Shown: in pieces, positions 51,111-64,000 of the stretch
How positions within the stretch are numbered: the stretch's first letter is position 1
Layout: each line of letters opens with the position of its first letter
NCBI GenBank assembly: GCA_951406725.2
Contig: OX597816.1
Span: forward strand, 103,540,001 to 103,604,000
Direction of reading: 5' to 3'
From: Octopus vulgaris
Taxonomy: Eukaryota
DNA length: 64,000 bases
Made by a program: the position numbers and the translations under genes
The notes under the pieces: model-generated
What the model was told of the DNA's origin: nothing
Database searches by the model: none
Seen by the model: only the letters and a program-made list of their open reading frames with translations

Positions 51111-51131
51111 ATATATATATATATATATATA
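50941..51131. repeat. (ATCT)n/(ACCT)n/(TA)n microsatellite
   Basis: Directly visible. Confidence 0.95.
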
Positions 51132-54100
51132 TCTTTTGAAGATCAAGCAAATAAAGTACCAATCAAATACTGGGGTTAATTTAATCAAATCTACCCTCCA
51201 TGTGGTGTTTGGACTTCTACCAATGCTAGAAATCAATATAAACAAAGAATTTTGAACATAATGATTCTGAAATCTGCTGTGGAAAGTATTTATTCATGCT
51301 CAAAGCTGACTAACACTAAATAATTTACATTTTGTGTTTTATTGAGATTTCTTAGACACCAGTGTTCAATTCAGTTTGTTATTGATATTATTACTGATGA
51401 AAGGAAATGATAGAGATTTCAAAATATATTTTGGTGTCTAATGGTTAAACCTTTCTTTTTCTTTTAATGTTAAAATCATAAATTGATGTTATTTAGTTCA
51501 TAGGTGAGCCCTATTTGAACAAACCTGTTATCAGAGGTGTTCCTGTCTTGGCCCTCCTATCATTATTATTTCAGACATAGTGTATCATAGGATAAATCAA
51601 TTGTGCACTTCCCAATTTTAAGATGGTAGGTAACAATTGGAAGGAAATTCAGTTGCTATTTCTTGCTTATTGGTTCTTGTTAAATTGTATTTGTTAGTCT
51701 CTCCGTACATTATACATTACTGTTTATTCATCATCATTATCATCATCATCAGCAGCAGCAGCACTGTTGATATCAATATGTCTGTCTCATAACTATTGCT
51801 AGTTGTTATGCTATCTAAATTTTATTTTGTTAGTTTGTGTTTAATGTTAGTAGCTAAACAATTTAATTTATAAACCAGGTCTGCCACTGAATAATAGAAA
51901 TTATACAAACTAATATTATATATTTTACACCCCTACTTGAAATGTTTATCAGTAGGTCAGACTTGTACATCTGACATAGTCTATCAATGCATTTTACAGA
52001 TTCCACACTTAACTTTCTTTGCAATGGTTCTACTAGTTGTTATTCTAAGCCATATTCTTGTTATCAGTCCAAAAAAAATAGGTCATTTAGGATTTCATTT
52101 CCAAATTGTATCCACTTCTAACTTAAACTAATTTGTTCCAACCTTAATGTCTAACTCGCTTTCATTTCCAACTCTTTTTTTTTTTATCCTTTAAACATAA
52201 TACTCCTCACAGGAAGCACACAAACTTGAAACTCAAATCTTTCATGTTTTATTCATACTGACATTTAATTACTTAATGTGACTAATATATATAACGACAG
52301 ACTTCGAGTAAATTGCATTTATTCACAGATATGATATAGTAGTCGAATAGAGGAAAAGTTTATGGCTTAGCAATTTAGTTGTGAATTTGGAACATTTGAT
52401 AATGACAACATAATTTCATTAGATTCTACTGTTATTATGCACTAATTTAGAAGTTGGGCATTAAAATATCATGACAACAGCTAAGTCAGTAAGATGTTAA
52501 TTTCCAAATATCTTATTTATATTGTGTTTCTTTTTTGCTCATTTAATAGTCCCTTCCAGCTACTCAAAATATTCAGTGATTTCATGAAAATAAAATCTTG
52601 CAATTCGTTAACCCTTTACATTCAAATGAGTTTGTCAAATGCAATGCTTGTTTATTCACATTGTTTTGAATCATTCATGCAATAGTCTGTAGCTTCGAGA
52701 TTTTAATAATGTGATTGTTTAAATTTATAGTAACATTGTAGGGTAAGGTATGAAAGACCTGATCTGGCTGGTTTGAACATAAAACAAGTAGAATGTTTTG
52801 GCTGAATATGGCTGGTTTAAATGCTAAAGGGTTAAATATTCATCAAAAATCTCTTTCATCATGTAAACATTAAGTTCATCTCGGGGAATTATTCTTTGAT
52901 TAACAAAGATGAAAATTCAACATGAATTAACATGCCTATTAACCCTATACAACCATTCTTCTGAATTTATTGCAATAAATAATATAAGTATGTTGACTAC
53001 ATACATTTTGATTCCTTGACAATCAAAGCTCATGATTATTCAGATCATATAAAAACGTTAAATATACTCTATCAATGCACAGAAAGAAAATAAAGAAAAA
53101 AATTCACCAAACAAAATAAATTATTAAACGATATTTTTACCCATATATAATTGATTATTTATACCTGTACTAATTAATTAAACCTGTACATCTGAAACTT
53201 TATTTGGTAGTTTGGCGAGAAGTCAATGTTAAAAGATCTGTTGGATTGCATTGAGTTATTGACAGGCAATTGCTTACAGTGTACAGTGTTGTAATTTATT
53301 GGTTCATAACCATCACAAGTACATACACATACACACACATATCTATATGAATGTGCGTGTGTGTGTGTAAATCTTTTCTCCATTGTGCATGGTTGATAAG
53401 AATAGAGCACTCAGAAACAACTCATTAATAGTGATCTGTTAAGTAGTATCTGTGAAAATTACAGGCTGTTTCTAGCTATCTATTAATCATCACTCAAAAC
53501 ACAGTGGATGAGAAACATTTGGTAATTTATTGATAAGATTTTAGAATTGATTTGTTAAATAACTAAGTACATTAACTAATATTAATAAAGTAATACTACA
53601 TTATTCAATCAATATATATTAAAGACTTTACTGAAGGTAAATTATATCCAACTCTTAGTTTAGAAAAAAAATTATAAAAAGACCATTAAAACAAGTGAAA
53701 ATTTTTAATGGATGAATAAAGTATAACATTGACCAAATTTGTGTACTTTGTGCTATTTAGTTTTATACTTAATAGTTGACTTTTTCTTTCATCACTCTTT
53801 GAGTGTTCTGTGGTAAGCCAATGTATATAGTTTTTAAATGATTTCTCTGTTTTAATTCCTTGCTGAAACTACTTCACTAAAGCTGATCATTCCTTTAAAA
53901 ATTAGTATAAACATCGTAAATACTCAATTTCACTTTTATCAATCAAATATCTAAAATTTCCATCTCTTCTGATTTTTTTTCCTGTTTTTCAAGAATCTCA
54001 TAAACTGCATTTCATTGATTTTTTTTTTTTTTTTTTTCAAAATTTAGAATCAATAAAACAACAGATGTATAGGCTATAATTCATGTCAAGAGTTTTTATT

Positions 54101-55289
54101 TTTACTCTTTCATTTCACCTTAATTTTTGTATATCAGCCTGATATCAGGATGGGTTTTTGAAAACCAGACACTTGCATAAATTATTGGAAGAAATATCTC
54201 AGAACAGGATATTCCATATAATTCCAACCACTGAAGCGAAGACACAAATACTTTCCAGTTAGAAAGATTAAGTAGAATTCTATGATTGATGCAAAAATAC
54301 GTAATACTATTAACAGTAAGGCTTAACCCTATCAAGTTACACTATCTCTTATAGTTTATAGATATTTATCAGTGAAATTTTAAACAAGGAAGATTATAGT
54401 ATAGTGTTGCATATATTCATCATTTGTTAAACTAAATTTTCAGTTTAAATTCTTTTCCCAAAAAGAAATTTAAAATATTTAGTTTTATTAATTAATTGTT
54501 AGGTAATATTCCATTATGGTATTATGGCTAAATTTTGATGCTAAAGGTTATGTATGTTCTTTGGATGTTTTAATGTCATAGCTGGAATGGTTTCAATGAA
54601 AAACTATTTATAATATTTTCTCTATTTAATGAAAGCTGCTGGAAACAATAGGCATTGTTTTATAACAAACATAATTTGTTTTTAGGACTGTTTTAAATGC
54701 AAATATGATTTTGATGGATTAGTTTTCTTCCTAATGCAGATGATTCTATAAGACAGTAAGCCTGAAGCCAGTATTCTAGCTAGGAGAAATGTGTATTGTC
54801 CAAATACATAAATCAATGTCTGTGTCAGACTTAAACTCAGAAGTTGTGCATTTGGAACCCTAGCCATTCACTTCCTGCAAAGGGAGATGAGATAATTAAA
54901 TTGATAAGCCAAAATTCACTGGACACAGTCTAACTACAAATAATCATTGAAAGTGCAGTTGGTGAGTGGTTCTATTTTGGATGCTGACAAAATAAATGTT
55001 TAGAATATGAGAGAAATGGTATGTAGTAGATGAAATATTTGATTAATTGATTGGTCTGGGGGTGTTACGCCTCTTAGCAACAGCACGTTTCTCACTGTAA
55101 AAGGACTATTTAGTCATAGGAGTACCCACAGAATGATGCTTGTGAATTACTCAGATGGTTCACTAGATGTGTTTGTAAGAAATGTCTGGTAGCTGGAATG
55201 AGGGAGTTTGTGGGCTGTTGTTTTTTTGTGGTCAGGAGGTGCTTCTTTTTTCATATACATAAACAAAATGTATGAAGCACGTATAAGAT

Positions 55290-55710
55290 ATCTGAAGTCA
55301 CATTATTGTGAGATTTGGGAACTGATTGTGAAAGATCAGTAGAAGCTGGGGAGGAATGAGTTAGGTGTGATCCATTGGATGTGTAACATTAAAGCATAGG
55401 CCATTTGGAACAAAAGAAAGCTGTGAGAGAGCAGCTGGGGATTAATGGCATCAACTGATATATGAAAGAGAGACAGCTATGTTTGTATAGACACCTGAAA
55501 CAAATAGATGATGAACATTGTGTGAAAATGTGTCATATGTAGACAGTGGTAGGTATCAATATTAGAAGATCAGAGAAAACATGGAAAGAAGTTGTTACAT
55601 CAAAAGCTCCTGTATCTCATTGTTGTTAAAAGATGCTGATGAGTGATGATATGCTGTATTGCATACGGATCTGATTGATGCTAGTGTTGCAGAACAGATG
55701 CTAAAATGAT
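55290..55710 (+). mobile_element. Highly decayed RTE 3' end
   Basis: Remnants such as ccattggatgtgtaacatt, gatgaacattgtgtgaaaatgtgtc and gatatgctgta match the other RTE copies. Confidence 0.55.
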
Positions 55711-56545
55711 GTTCACGATAGTAATGATAATTCCAAAATGACCTAAATGTACAAGAGTAGTGTGAATTCTGAATGGTTTTTGAGGATTATAATTTAAAGG
55801 TGGTCATGAGTTGCCATAAAGCTATTATATTAATTTTACTTAGTATTTCTATTGAACTTTTGGAATTGCTCATACCACCTGACATGCAATAATTTATCAT
55901 ACTACAAAATTTTTATATTTGTGAAAATTGAATAATAATCAGTTACAACATGGTTATTTTTATGCTTAGAATTTTTGTGAAGTGGATATTTCAAAGCATC
56001 TGTCTGTTTTGGGAGACTGTGTATTAGTATTCGGAAGCTTGCTTTCCAAGTTGCAAGACTGAGCAAAGATTTTATGAAAGGCTAACAGTTGCCCATTCAA
56101 ACTAACTGGGTTTTCCTCATGTATCAGCTGTACCATTATACATGCAAATGGCAAAATTGTGTTCCACGTCTACCATATGTCATATTAAGTTAAGATTTCC
56201 AGTTGAATAATAAAAGAACTGAAAATTATTTCCATTGGCAGATTACATTGGCTGGAGTCAAACCTTAGATGCAAACATTGTATGGTACTTATTATATGTT
56301 GAAAACAATACTTAAGTTTTTAGGTCAAATATCATTGTATATTGGTTTTGCTCTGGAAGAAAGGGTTGTACTAATAACCTTTCCAGGCTCTCCAGTGAGA
56401 CTGGCACAATTAATGTTTCTCTTAAGCATTTACAAGTCAACAGCTACAGGAAAAAATTGAGAAATGAAAGAATTTCAGTGAGATGACAGCATTCAGGGAG
56501 GTGGTGGAGCATTGGGTGTCATGGTTAGTGCAGTGCCTGAATACA

Positions 56546-56654
56546 GTATATTTGTTGAGAGGAGAACAGACTCTTGAGGATAATCAGGAGTGCTTGAATT
56601 GTATATTTGTTGAAAGGAGAACAGACTCTTAAGGATAATCAGGAGTGCTTGAAT
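56546..56654. repeat. 55-bp tandem duplication (2 copies)
   Basis: gtatatttgttga(g/a)aggagaacagactctt(g/a)aggataatcaggagtgcttgaat twice. Confidence 0.9.
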
Positions 56655-56820
56655 AGACATGAAATTAGTCAGTTCTGAAGAGCAAGGCACAGAGAGAAGC
56701 TTGCATGTTCATAAGTTAGACATTGTCCTACTAAGAAGGGATTTCAATATCTATAAGTACTTCCACTTCAAACAAGTAATCTTTAAAAATATCAGAGATT
56801 CCTTTTACTCATTGGTCACT

Positions 56821-57060
56821 ATCATCATCATCATCATCATCATCATCATTGTTTAACGTCCGCTTTCTATGCTAGCATGGGTTGGACGATTTGACTTAGG
56901 TCTGGTGAACCAGATGGCTGCACCAGGCTCCAATCTGATCTGGCAGAATTTCTACAGCTGGATGCCCTTCCTAGCGCCAACCACTCTGAGAGTGTAGTGG
57001 GTGCTTTTACATGCCACTGGCACGAGGGCCATTTAGGTGGTACTGGCAATGGCCATGCTC
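56821..57060 (-). mobile_element. SINE family C
   Basis: catcat tail, gtttaacgtccgctttc, ggatgcccttcctagcgccaaccact. Confidence 0.85.
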
Positions 57061-57652
57061 AAAACCAAATCACACAGACTTTTTAGATACCTTTTATTTG
57101 GCTTCATTGTTACATCCTATAATACACAGATCAACTTTGCTGCTACACCTTATGAAGTGCCAGGCAAAGTACTGGCATTTGCAAATAATCAGCTAAAAAC
57201 CCTCAAAAGCAGTGTCTCAGCATGGCTACACAATCCAATATCTGAAATTTGTAAAAGAACACATTCAAGAATATAAACACAAAATTCATTTATACATTAG
57301 GTTGTTACATATTTATTTATTTATTCCCGTAATATTTTGGTATTTTAGACCTTTAGTTAATAGATCTTTTTTTTTTTTGATATTAGCCACTGGTTATCTC
57401 TTTAAGATGCTGTTACCTTGCCATAAATGGTAGCTCCAATAGCAATGGGATAAATGTGCCAAAGCTAACTAACTGCAGTCGTAAGAGTAAAATCAATAAT
57501 CTCTGTCTCCAAGTGGATTAGTTCAGCTCAATTATACAGATAATAGGGTATAATCCAACAAGCGGCCTTAGAGATTAAATAATGTTGCAACAGTATCTCT
57601 GAATTGAAACTATTCATTGTACAAACAAGAAAAACAAATAATGCTCTACATT

Positions 57653-57695
<43 letters not shown>

Positions 57696-57727
57696 CATGT
57701 TTGTGTATATACTTGCATACATTCATT

Positions 57728-57767
<40 letters not shown>

Positions 57768-57819
57768 CATCCATCCATACATATATACATACGTATATAT
57801 ATATTTATATATATATATA

Positions 57820-58178
57820 TCATCATCATCGTTTAACGTCCGCTTTCAATGCAAGCATGGGTTGGACGATTTGATTGAGGACTGGTGAACCAGATGGCTG
57901 CACCGGGCTCCAAACTGATCGGGCAGAGTTTCTACAGCTGGATGCTCTTCCTAATGCCAACCACTCTAAGAGTGTAGATGGTGCTTTTATGTGTCACTGG
58001 CATTTTTACGTGCCACCGGCATGGAAGCTAGTCAGCTCCTCTGGCAACGAACACGCTCGCATGGTGCTCTTAGCGCTCCACTGGCACGGGTGCCAGTCAT
58101 CGAATTTGATTCGATTTCGATTTCACTTGTCTCAATAGGTCTTCATAAGCAGAGTTTAGTGTCTAATGAAGGAAAGGC
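57820..58178 (-). mobile_element. SINE family C
   Basis: Same motifs as 56821-57060. Confidence 0.85.
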
Positions 58179-58601
58179 AATATATATATATATATATATC
58201 ATAGTTTTATGGCCATTTTTTTGTATGCTTACATGGGAATGAACAGATCTCTGACACTATGTCTCACTACTTGTTGTGGTTCTTAGTCCCCATTGAATTA
58301 ACCTATATTAATTAATTTCTAAATAAGATTCAATTGGTTTGTGATGCTGTGGAAAAGAGATACATCTATCCTCTCTCCTAACCTATTAGCATGTTGTCTT
58401 TTTATGCAGAAGATATTACTCTCAATGTTGCATGATATCATTACTTTTGCCACTGTCCCACCGTACAACACTTGGAAAATTTCATCATTGAGAGCTAGGT
58501 GTCACATAGTACCAGTGGCAAGATACAGACCAGTGTTCCTTTTGGTGAAAGGTTGGTTGTTGGCTGGTTAGTTTATTGGTTTCCCCCGCTCTTATATTAA
58601 T

Positions 58602-59105
58602 CCTTTTTACTAAAGGCACAAGGTCTGAAATTTGTTGGGGAGGGGAGTAGTTGATTACATCATTCCCAGTATTTTACTGATACTGAATTTATCAACACCA
58701 AAAGAATGAAAGGCAAAGTCAACCTTGGCAGAATTTGAACTCAGAATATAGTGACAGACGAAATACTGCTAAGCATTTCACTTGGCGTGCTAACAATTCT
58801 GCCAGCTTGCTATCTTCACCTTATATTAATTTTGATAACTTGACAGAATTTGAACTCAGAACGTAAAGGATTAACACTAAACATTGCAAAGCATTTAGTT
58901 TAGGACCAGCGTTTCTGTTAACTCATTAATCCTTAGGATCTTAATATTGGTTTCAAATTTTGGCACAAAGTTGGCAATTTTTAGGAGGTGTTAAGTCGAT
59001 TACATTGACCCCAGTGCTCACTGGTACTTATTTTATCAACCCCAAAGGATGAAAGGCAAAGTTGACCTCAGTGGAATTTGAACTCAGAATGTAAAGACAG
59101 ATGAC
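58602..59105 (-). mobile_element. Cluster of family B SINEs
   Basis: First copy flanked by TSD cttatattaat (58591-58601, 58820-58830); second copy about 58945-59105. Confidence 0.8.
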
Positions 59106-62100
59106 TTAGGTGTTTTATTATGTAAATGCCTTGCAGTATCAAGTTACAACCTGCTATATTTTGACTCCTGAAATCAACTTTGCTTTTCATTTTCAGTCAA
59201 TTATATCATCCTAATCTACAATACTTTCTTCTAAAACTTGTGGTCTTATGCCAGTGTTAGAGAGCAATACTAATTCATGTATTACATACTTTCTGAGTTT
59301 AAATGCTATTTGCAATGACTGGTTTGTTTTTCATTCCACAAAGCTTAATACCAGTAATAAACTTACATAGATTATGCTCTTGATATGAAATATTAAGAGA
59401 GTAAGAAATTCTATGCCATTTAACTACTCATAGTTTTTTGATTTTTGTATATAACATGCATGACAGTAACATTTGTGAATTTGCTCCAAGCAGTCTTATG
59501 ATCAAGCAGTCTTATGATCAGATGCATTCCAGTAATGACCACTCTGTCTTTGTTTTCACATATGGTGTATCTAGGACTACATTATCCAACATGTCTCACA
59601 GTAGGATACAATCTGAGGCTGATTTGGCTAGTCTTTCCCACATGGCAGGCTATCACGTTAAGGCACCCTCATTGAATCAGTTGTTGTAAAGCATCAGTGA
59701 GTAGGTGAGGGTGTAAAGCCAGTATTCTTTCTTTTTTTAATGCTAGAATATGTAAAAGACATTTTAAGTGAAAAGTTTTGATCATTTCACTTGACTAACT
59801 TGTGTCCTGATTACCTTTTGTGTCATTTTTATAAAGAACCGCTCTGTAGTCCTGAAATTCTATTGTTTAGTATGTTTTTCTGTTAATTATAACCAGCAAG
59901 GAAATATTGAATCAGTCTCTTAGACACCTGTACTATTTTCTTATCCATTAGCTACTAGCAGTGTATAAAATCATTTCTATTGAATGTATCTACTAAATTA
60001 CTTGTCTCCTTATTTTTACTCTTTATGAGAGGAAAAGTTCTATAGCAAAATTGGGAACATTTGCCATTAAAAGCCCTGTTTTTTTATATTGCTTATTGAT
60101 TAAAATGTTGAACAAAGTTTGAACAGCTATTTGAATTTTGTTAGGCATAATGTTCATCACTACCATTTAAGAAACCATCTTTTGATGTATATCTCTTGTG
60201 GAACGATATTGATTTTATAAGCTAACTTGATTAATTAGCTGCAATTGTTGTTTCTTATTAAAATGTCTCATGGTAGATTTGGCAATGAAATTTTTATGTT
60301 TTTCTGGATGTTTTATAATAGATGAAATTAAATTTATTTAAGGAAATTTGCAAAAACTACTTCAAAAGAAAGGATTTCAGAAAAAAATAAAGTAAAATGG
60401 ATTTATGTTTATAGAATTTAAAGAAGTCAATCAACTTTCTCGTATAAATCTACCTGAAATTTTGTCCAAGTTGTACTTAGGCATTTTCCCAAGCATTCAT
60501 TGTTCTAATTTGTGAGTCCAATTTTATTCTAATCAGTTAAATTTCTGAAAATTCGTCCACTTGCCTTTCCTGTGTATGCCCATCCATCTTCCTCAAATCA
60601 ATGTAATTATTTTCTCTTCTCCTTCTTATTGATTTTCCATCTTTGAAAACAACATCCCGTTTCCTTATAAGTGTGTTATCTTAATGAAAGTCAATGACTG
60701 TCTTGTGAAATCACCATTGTCCTGTCCACAGTAATCTCTCTCTTCCAAGATAGAAGAATTATATTGTCAGAAAAGAAGTAAGACATGTGACAAATGGGTA
60801 CAGGCTACACTTAGTATGATATTTGTTATTTGAAATAAAACAGCAATACAAATTGCTAGTCATTATTTCAGTGGAGAAATAATATGGATTGTTTGTCTGA
60901 AGATGGTATTTGAATGTAAATCTATTGAGAGCATTTAATTTCTTCTAACAAGTTTACATTTTGAAACCATTTCATTAAGCCGAGCTAATAAAGGAGCCTC
61001 TACATAATTGTTAACCTTGCTAGAAACAACTGCCTTATCTCCTTCAAATCAAACCTTTCCAACTTAAAGAGAGAAGATATTGGATAATGTTCTACATCGC
61101 CCCCAAAAGATGGGTAGATTATATTCAAAACACCTTTAATGGCATTCTTTTCTTCTTACTGGCTTTGTCCATTTACGTTGTGTATCCATTGTAGCGCAAC
61201 TGTCTCTTCTCGTAGAAGTATTTGTTATCAACCATTATTGCTCACTTTACTTTTCTGATTTTCATAAAAATCAAATCCAATGAATTATACTCAGTTAATT
61301 TCTCTTTAGCTCCTAGAAGTCTTCTGCATCCAATGTGAATGACTCACTACCATATAACATGTCTCCTTAGATATACTTCATACCATACAGCCTAATCTTT
61401 GAATGATGAAAGAAACCACTTACTTTTAACAGAAGTAATAGTTCCCTAAACATCTACTTCTTTCTTCATCTAGCCGGGCAACTTGCCAAGACCAATAAAT
61501 CATGTTGGTCTTTTGATACCTGAATGTCTCATCTGTCATCTGCTCATGCTTTGACTACTGATGACAGCAATGGTTCACTAACTGAAATGGTTGATCCTAG
61601 CTGTTGCCATTTTGTTGAGTATTCATCCTCTCAGCATCTATTGATAGTCACCTTTAACTCACTAGGTTCATCTGCTGAAATAGTTCACATTCACCATGCT
61701 GCATCCGATGATTTCAATTTGGTTACTGGATGCTAGGTCTTGCCAAAGAGCCACCTGCGATTTGGTCTGAGGCTATTCATTCCCATATTCATAGGTGACC
61801 TCTAATTACATGCTGATTAACCTATGGCTGGGACCCTGACAAGTGCTACTATTCTGGGTCAGAGTTGAACTGGGAACAACAGTGGCTAAGACATGGTTCC
61901 ACACTCCTCAAAGCCTTGGAGCTCTCAATGCTGGGCTCCACCACTGGATGCAGCTTAAAGTCATATTTAGGACACTCCTTTCTTACTGTAGCTATTATAC
62001 TTTCATTATATCCATCTCTGTACTAATGATAGCACTTAGATGTGGAGAATTCATATTTCTGAAAAGTCATATGAGCAGTAAAGGTACATAATTTCATGTG

Positions 62101-63123
62101 TGATCTTGCTGTGATCTTCCTGTGCTGCTAATTCATCTAGAGTCATGTTTCTTCTCTGTACATATAAAAATTTTACTGCACTATTTTATGTACCCATTAT
62201 TTGAACTGAGTTAAAAAACACTGAATTCCTATCAACCCCTCTCTTACATACTGAACAAAACTTTCGACCTAGATGGCAGTGGGTTATTGGATTCCCTGTT
62301 GTTGATCATTACTTTGGTGTTTCTCATGTTTATCATTAGGCTTTTAGGCTCCTGAAAATATCATCAGATTTTGGAGTTTATTCTACAATGCTTCAATAGA
62401 TTCTGAAACCACAACAGATAAACATACCAATAGACATCCAGTTCTGAAATTCTCTTTTATTGCCTTAAGTACCATGTGAATAGGAGTAGAATTTTGTGCT
62501 TAAGACAATAAATGAATGAATCCAAATGACTGACTGTATTGACCTATACTAATTATGCCAGCAGAAACATAATACATAAATGTAATAAGTTTTAAATAAG
62601 TTTTGCTGACTATATTTCAATAATCACTGATTGCTTCCATCATCAAGGATATAACTTCACTGAAATATCTCATTAATTAATTAATATATTAATTCTTTTT
62701 TTTTGTCTGTCTTCTACAGTAGCTTACTACTTCAGGGACATAAACTTACTGACTCTTATCCATCACTCTCCCTTTCAGATATTGTGCATATGTATCTATC
62801 TATTTACCCATCTGTCTCTTTATCTATTTAACTATCTGTCTGAATGCTTGTATATCTGTTTGAGTACATAGATAGGGAAGTATGTGCTGTTTTGTGCCCC
62901 AATGTATTACCTAGTGTATATATGAATTTGTGTCTATCTGTGTGCATGTGTGTGTGTGTACAAGGCTGTGTGCATGTGTGTGTTTGCATATATCTATATG
63001 TATTCGCTTTTATGTCTATTTTTCCTTGATAGCATGGGTTAGATGACTATATTCACAAACATACACATGCATGACTACACACTTGCACATATTTGTACAC
63101 TCATACATGCTTTCTCTCTCTCT

Positions 63124-63163
<40 letters not shown>

Positions 63164-63544
63164 CACCCACACACACACATGCAAAAATACACACATACAC
63201 ACACACGTTTTGATTATTATACTTAATGTTGTTACAGCTGAGATAGTGATTCACTCTCAAAATGTTATTTCTGTTATTGGCTGTCCAGTCACTTAACAGT
63301 AATGACTAATTTATTCAAGAAATTTATTAAAATTCCAAATTTAGTTTCTGATATGGAATTTTAAGAAATTTTTCTTTTTACAGTTGCATTGTTGAAGATT
63401 GCTATCTAAAACCCACTTTTGCTGATAAATTTACTTTTGTTTTATTATCAACCTGCAGAACCATTAGCATGCCAGGCAAAATACTTAGCAGTATTTTGTC
63501 TGTCTTTACATTCTGAGTTCAAATTCTGCTGAGGTCGATCAGGT

Positions 63545-64000
63545 ATCGAAGGTCAGATTTGTAACAGTGTAGACCTAGATGAGATGCAGTTTGGCTTTGT
63601 GTTCCAAAGAGGTACCATAGATGCAGCCTTTCTTGGGAAGCAGCTGCAAGGAAAGTATTTGGCTAAAGGTTGATCACTATTCTTGGCATTCGTTGACTTG
63701 GAGAAGGTGTTTGACAGGGTAACATGTTAAGTAATTTCATGATCACTGAGAAAATGAGATGTAGACAGATGGCTTGTGAATGCAGTATGAGCAATCTACA
63801 AAGAAGCAGCAAGTAAAGTTGAAGTCAATAATGATTTCAATGATGAGCTTGATGTGAGGTTAGGACTCCAACAATGTTCAGTCCTTAGTTCTATCCTATT
63901 CATGTGAGTCCTACATGCCATCACAGTCTTTGAGGATTCCTATGTGCTAATGATCTAGTTCTTACAGCTCAATCTGTATAAGAAATTAAAGGGAAAATTC
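63545..64000 (+). mobile_element. RTE LINE RT region, degenerate, running off the window
   Basis: LDEMQFGFVFQRGTIDAAF...LFLAFVDLEKVFDRV and GLQQCSVLSSILF (RT motifs), with stops. Confidence 0.85.

Noticed and set aside
56546-56654. Repeat pair considered as CRISPR-like
   Set aside because: Simple two-copy tandem duplication without spacers, in eukaryotic DNA.

Overview
AT-rich, repeat-dense animal genomic DNA, most likely octopus (inferred from the tRNA-derived SINE families, RTE LINE remnants and long (TA)n/(CA)n/(CATA)n tracts). Almost all listed ORFs are microsatellite or transposon artefacts. The one credible host coding segment is a 39-codon exon (24826-24942, +) ending ...EENPNYLVYKK|gtaagg. 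It resembles the first coding exon of R7-family RGS genes (RGS7/EGL-10), so about 25-64 kb is probably one large intron. The main discovery is a cluster of minimal type-I hammerhead ribozyme motifs of the Penelope-like-element kind, each in a short insert inside (TA)n. Five have intact cores (44080-44172, 44911-45006, 45445-45540, 46921-47004 on -; 49976-50083 on +) and several more are decayed or half copies. Two identical hammerheads sit 534 nt apart in a head-to-tail duplication, a retrozyme-like unit that could self-process into a 534-nt monomer or circle. Also present: a U6 snRNA-derived copy abutting a SINE head, a 28S rRNA fragment, RTE elements with a PHD-like finger inside the RT region, R4-like and HERO-like LINE ends in microsatellites, mariner/maT relics and a Helitron 3' end. 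All calls were made by eye; no searches were run.
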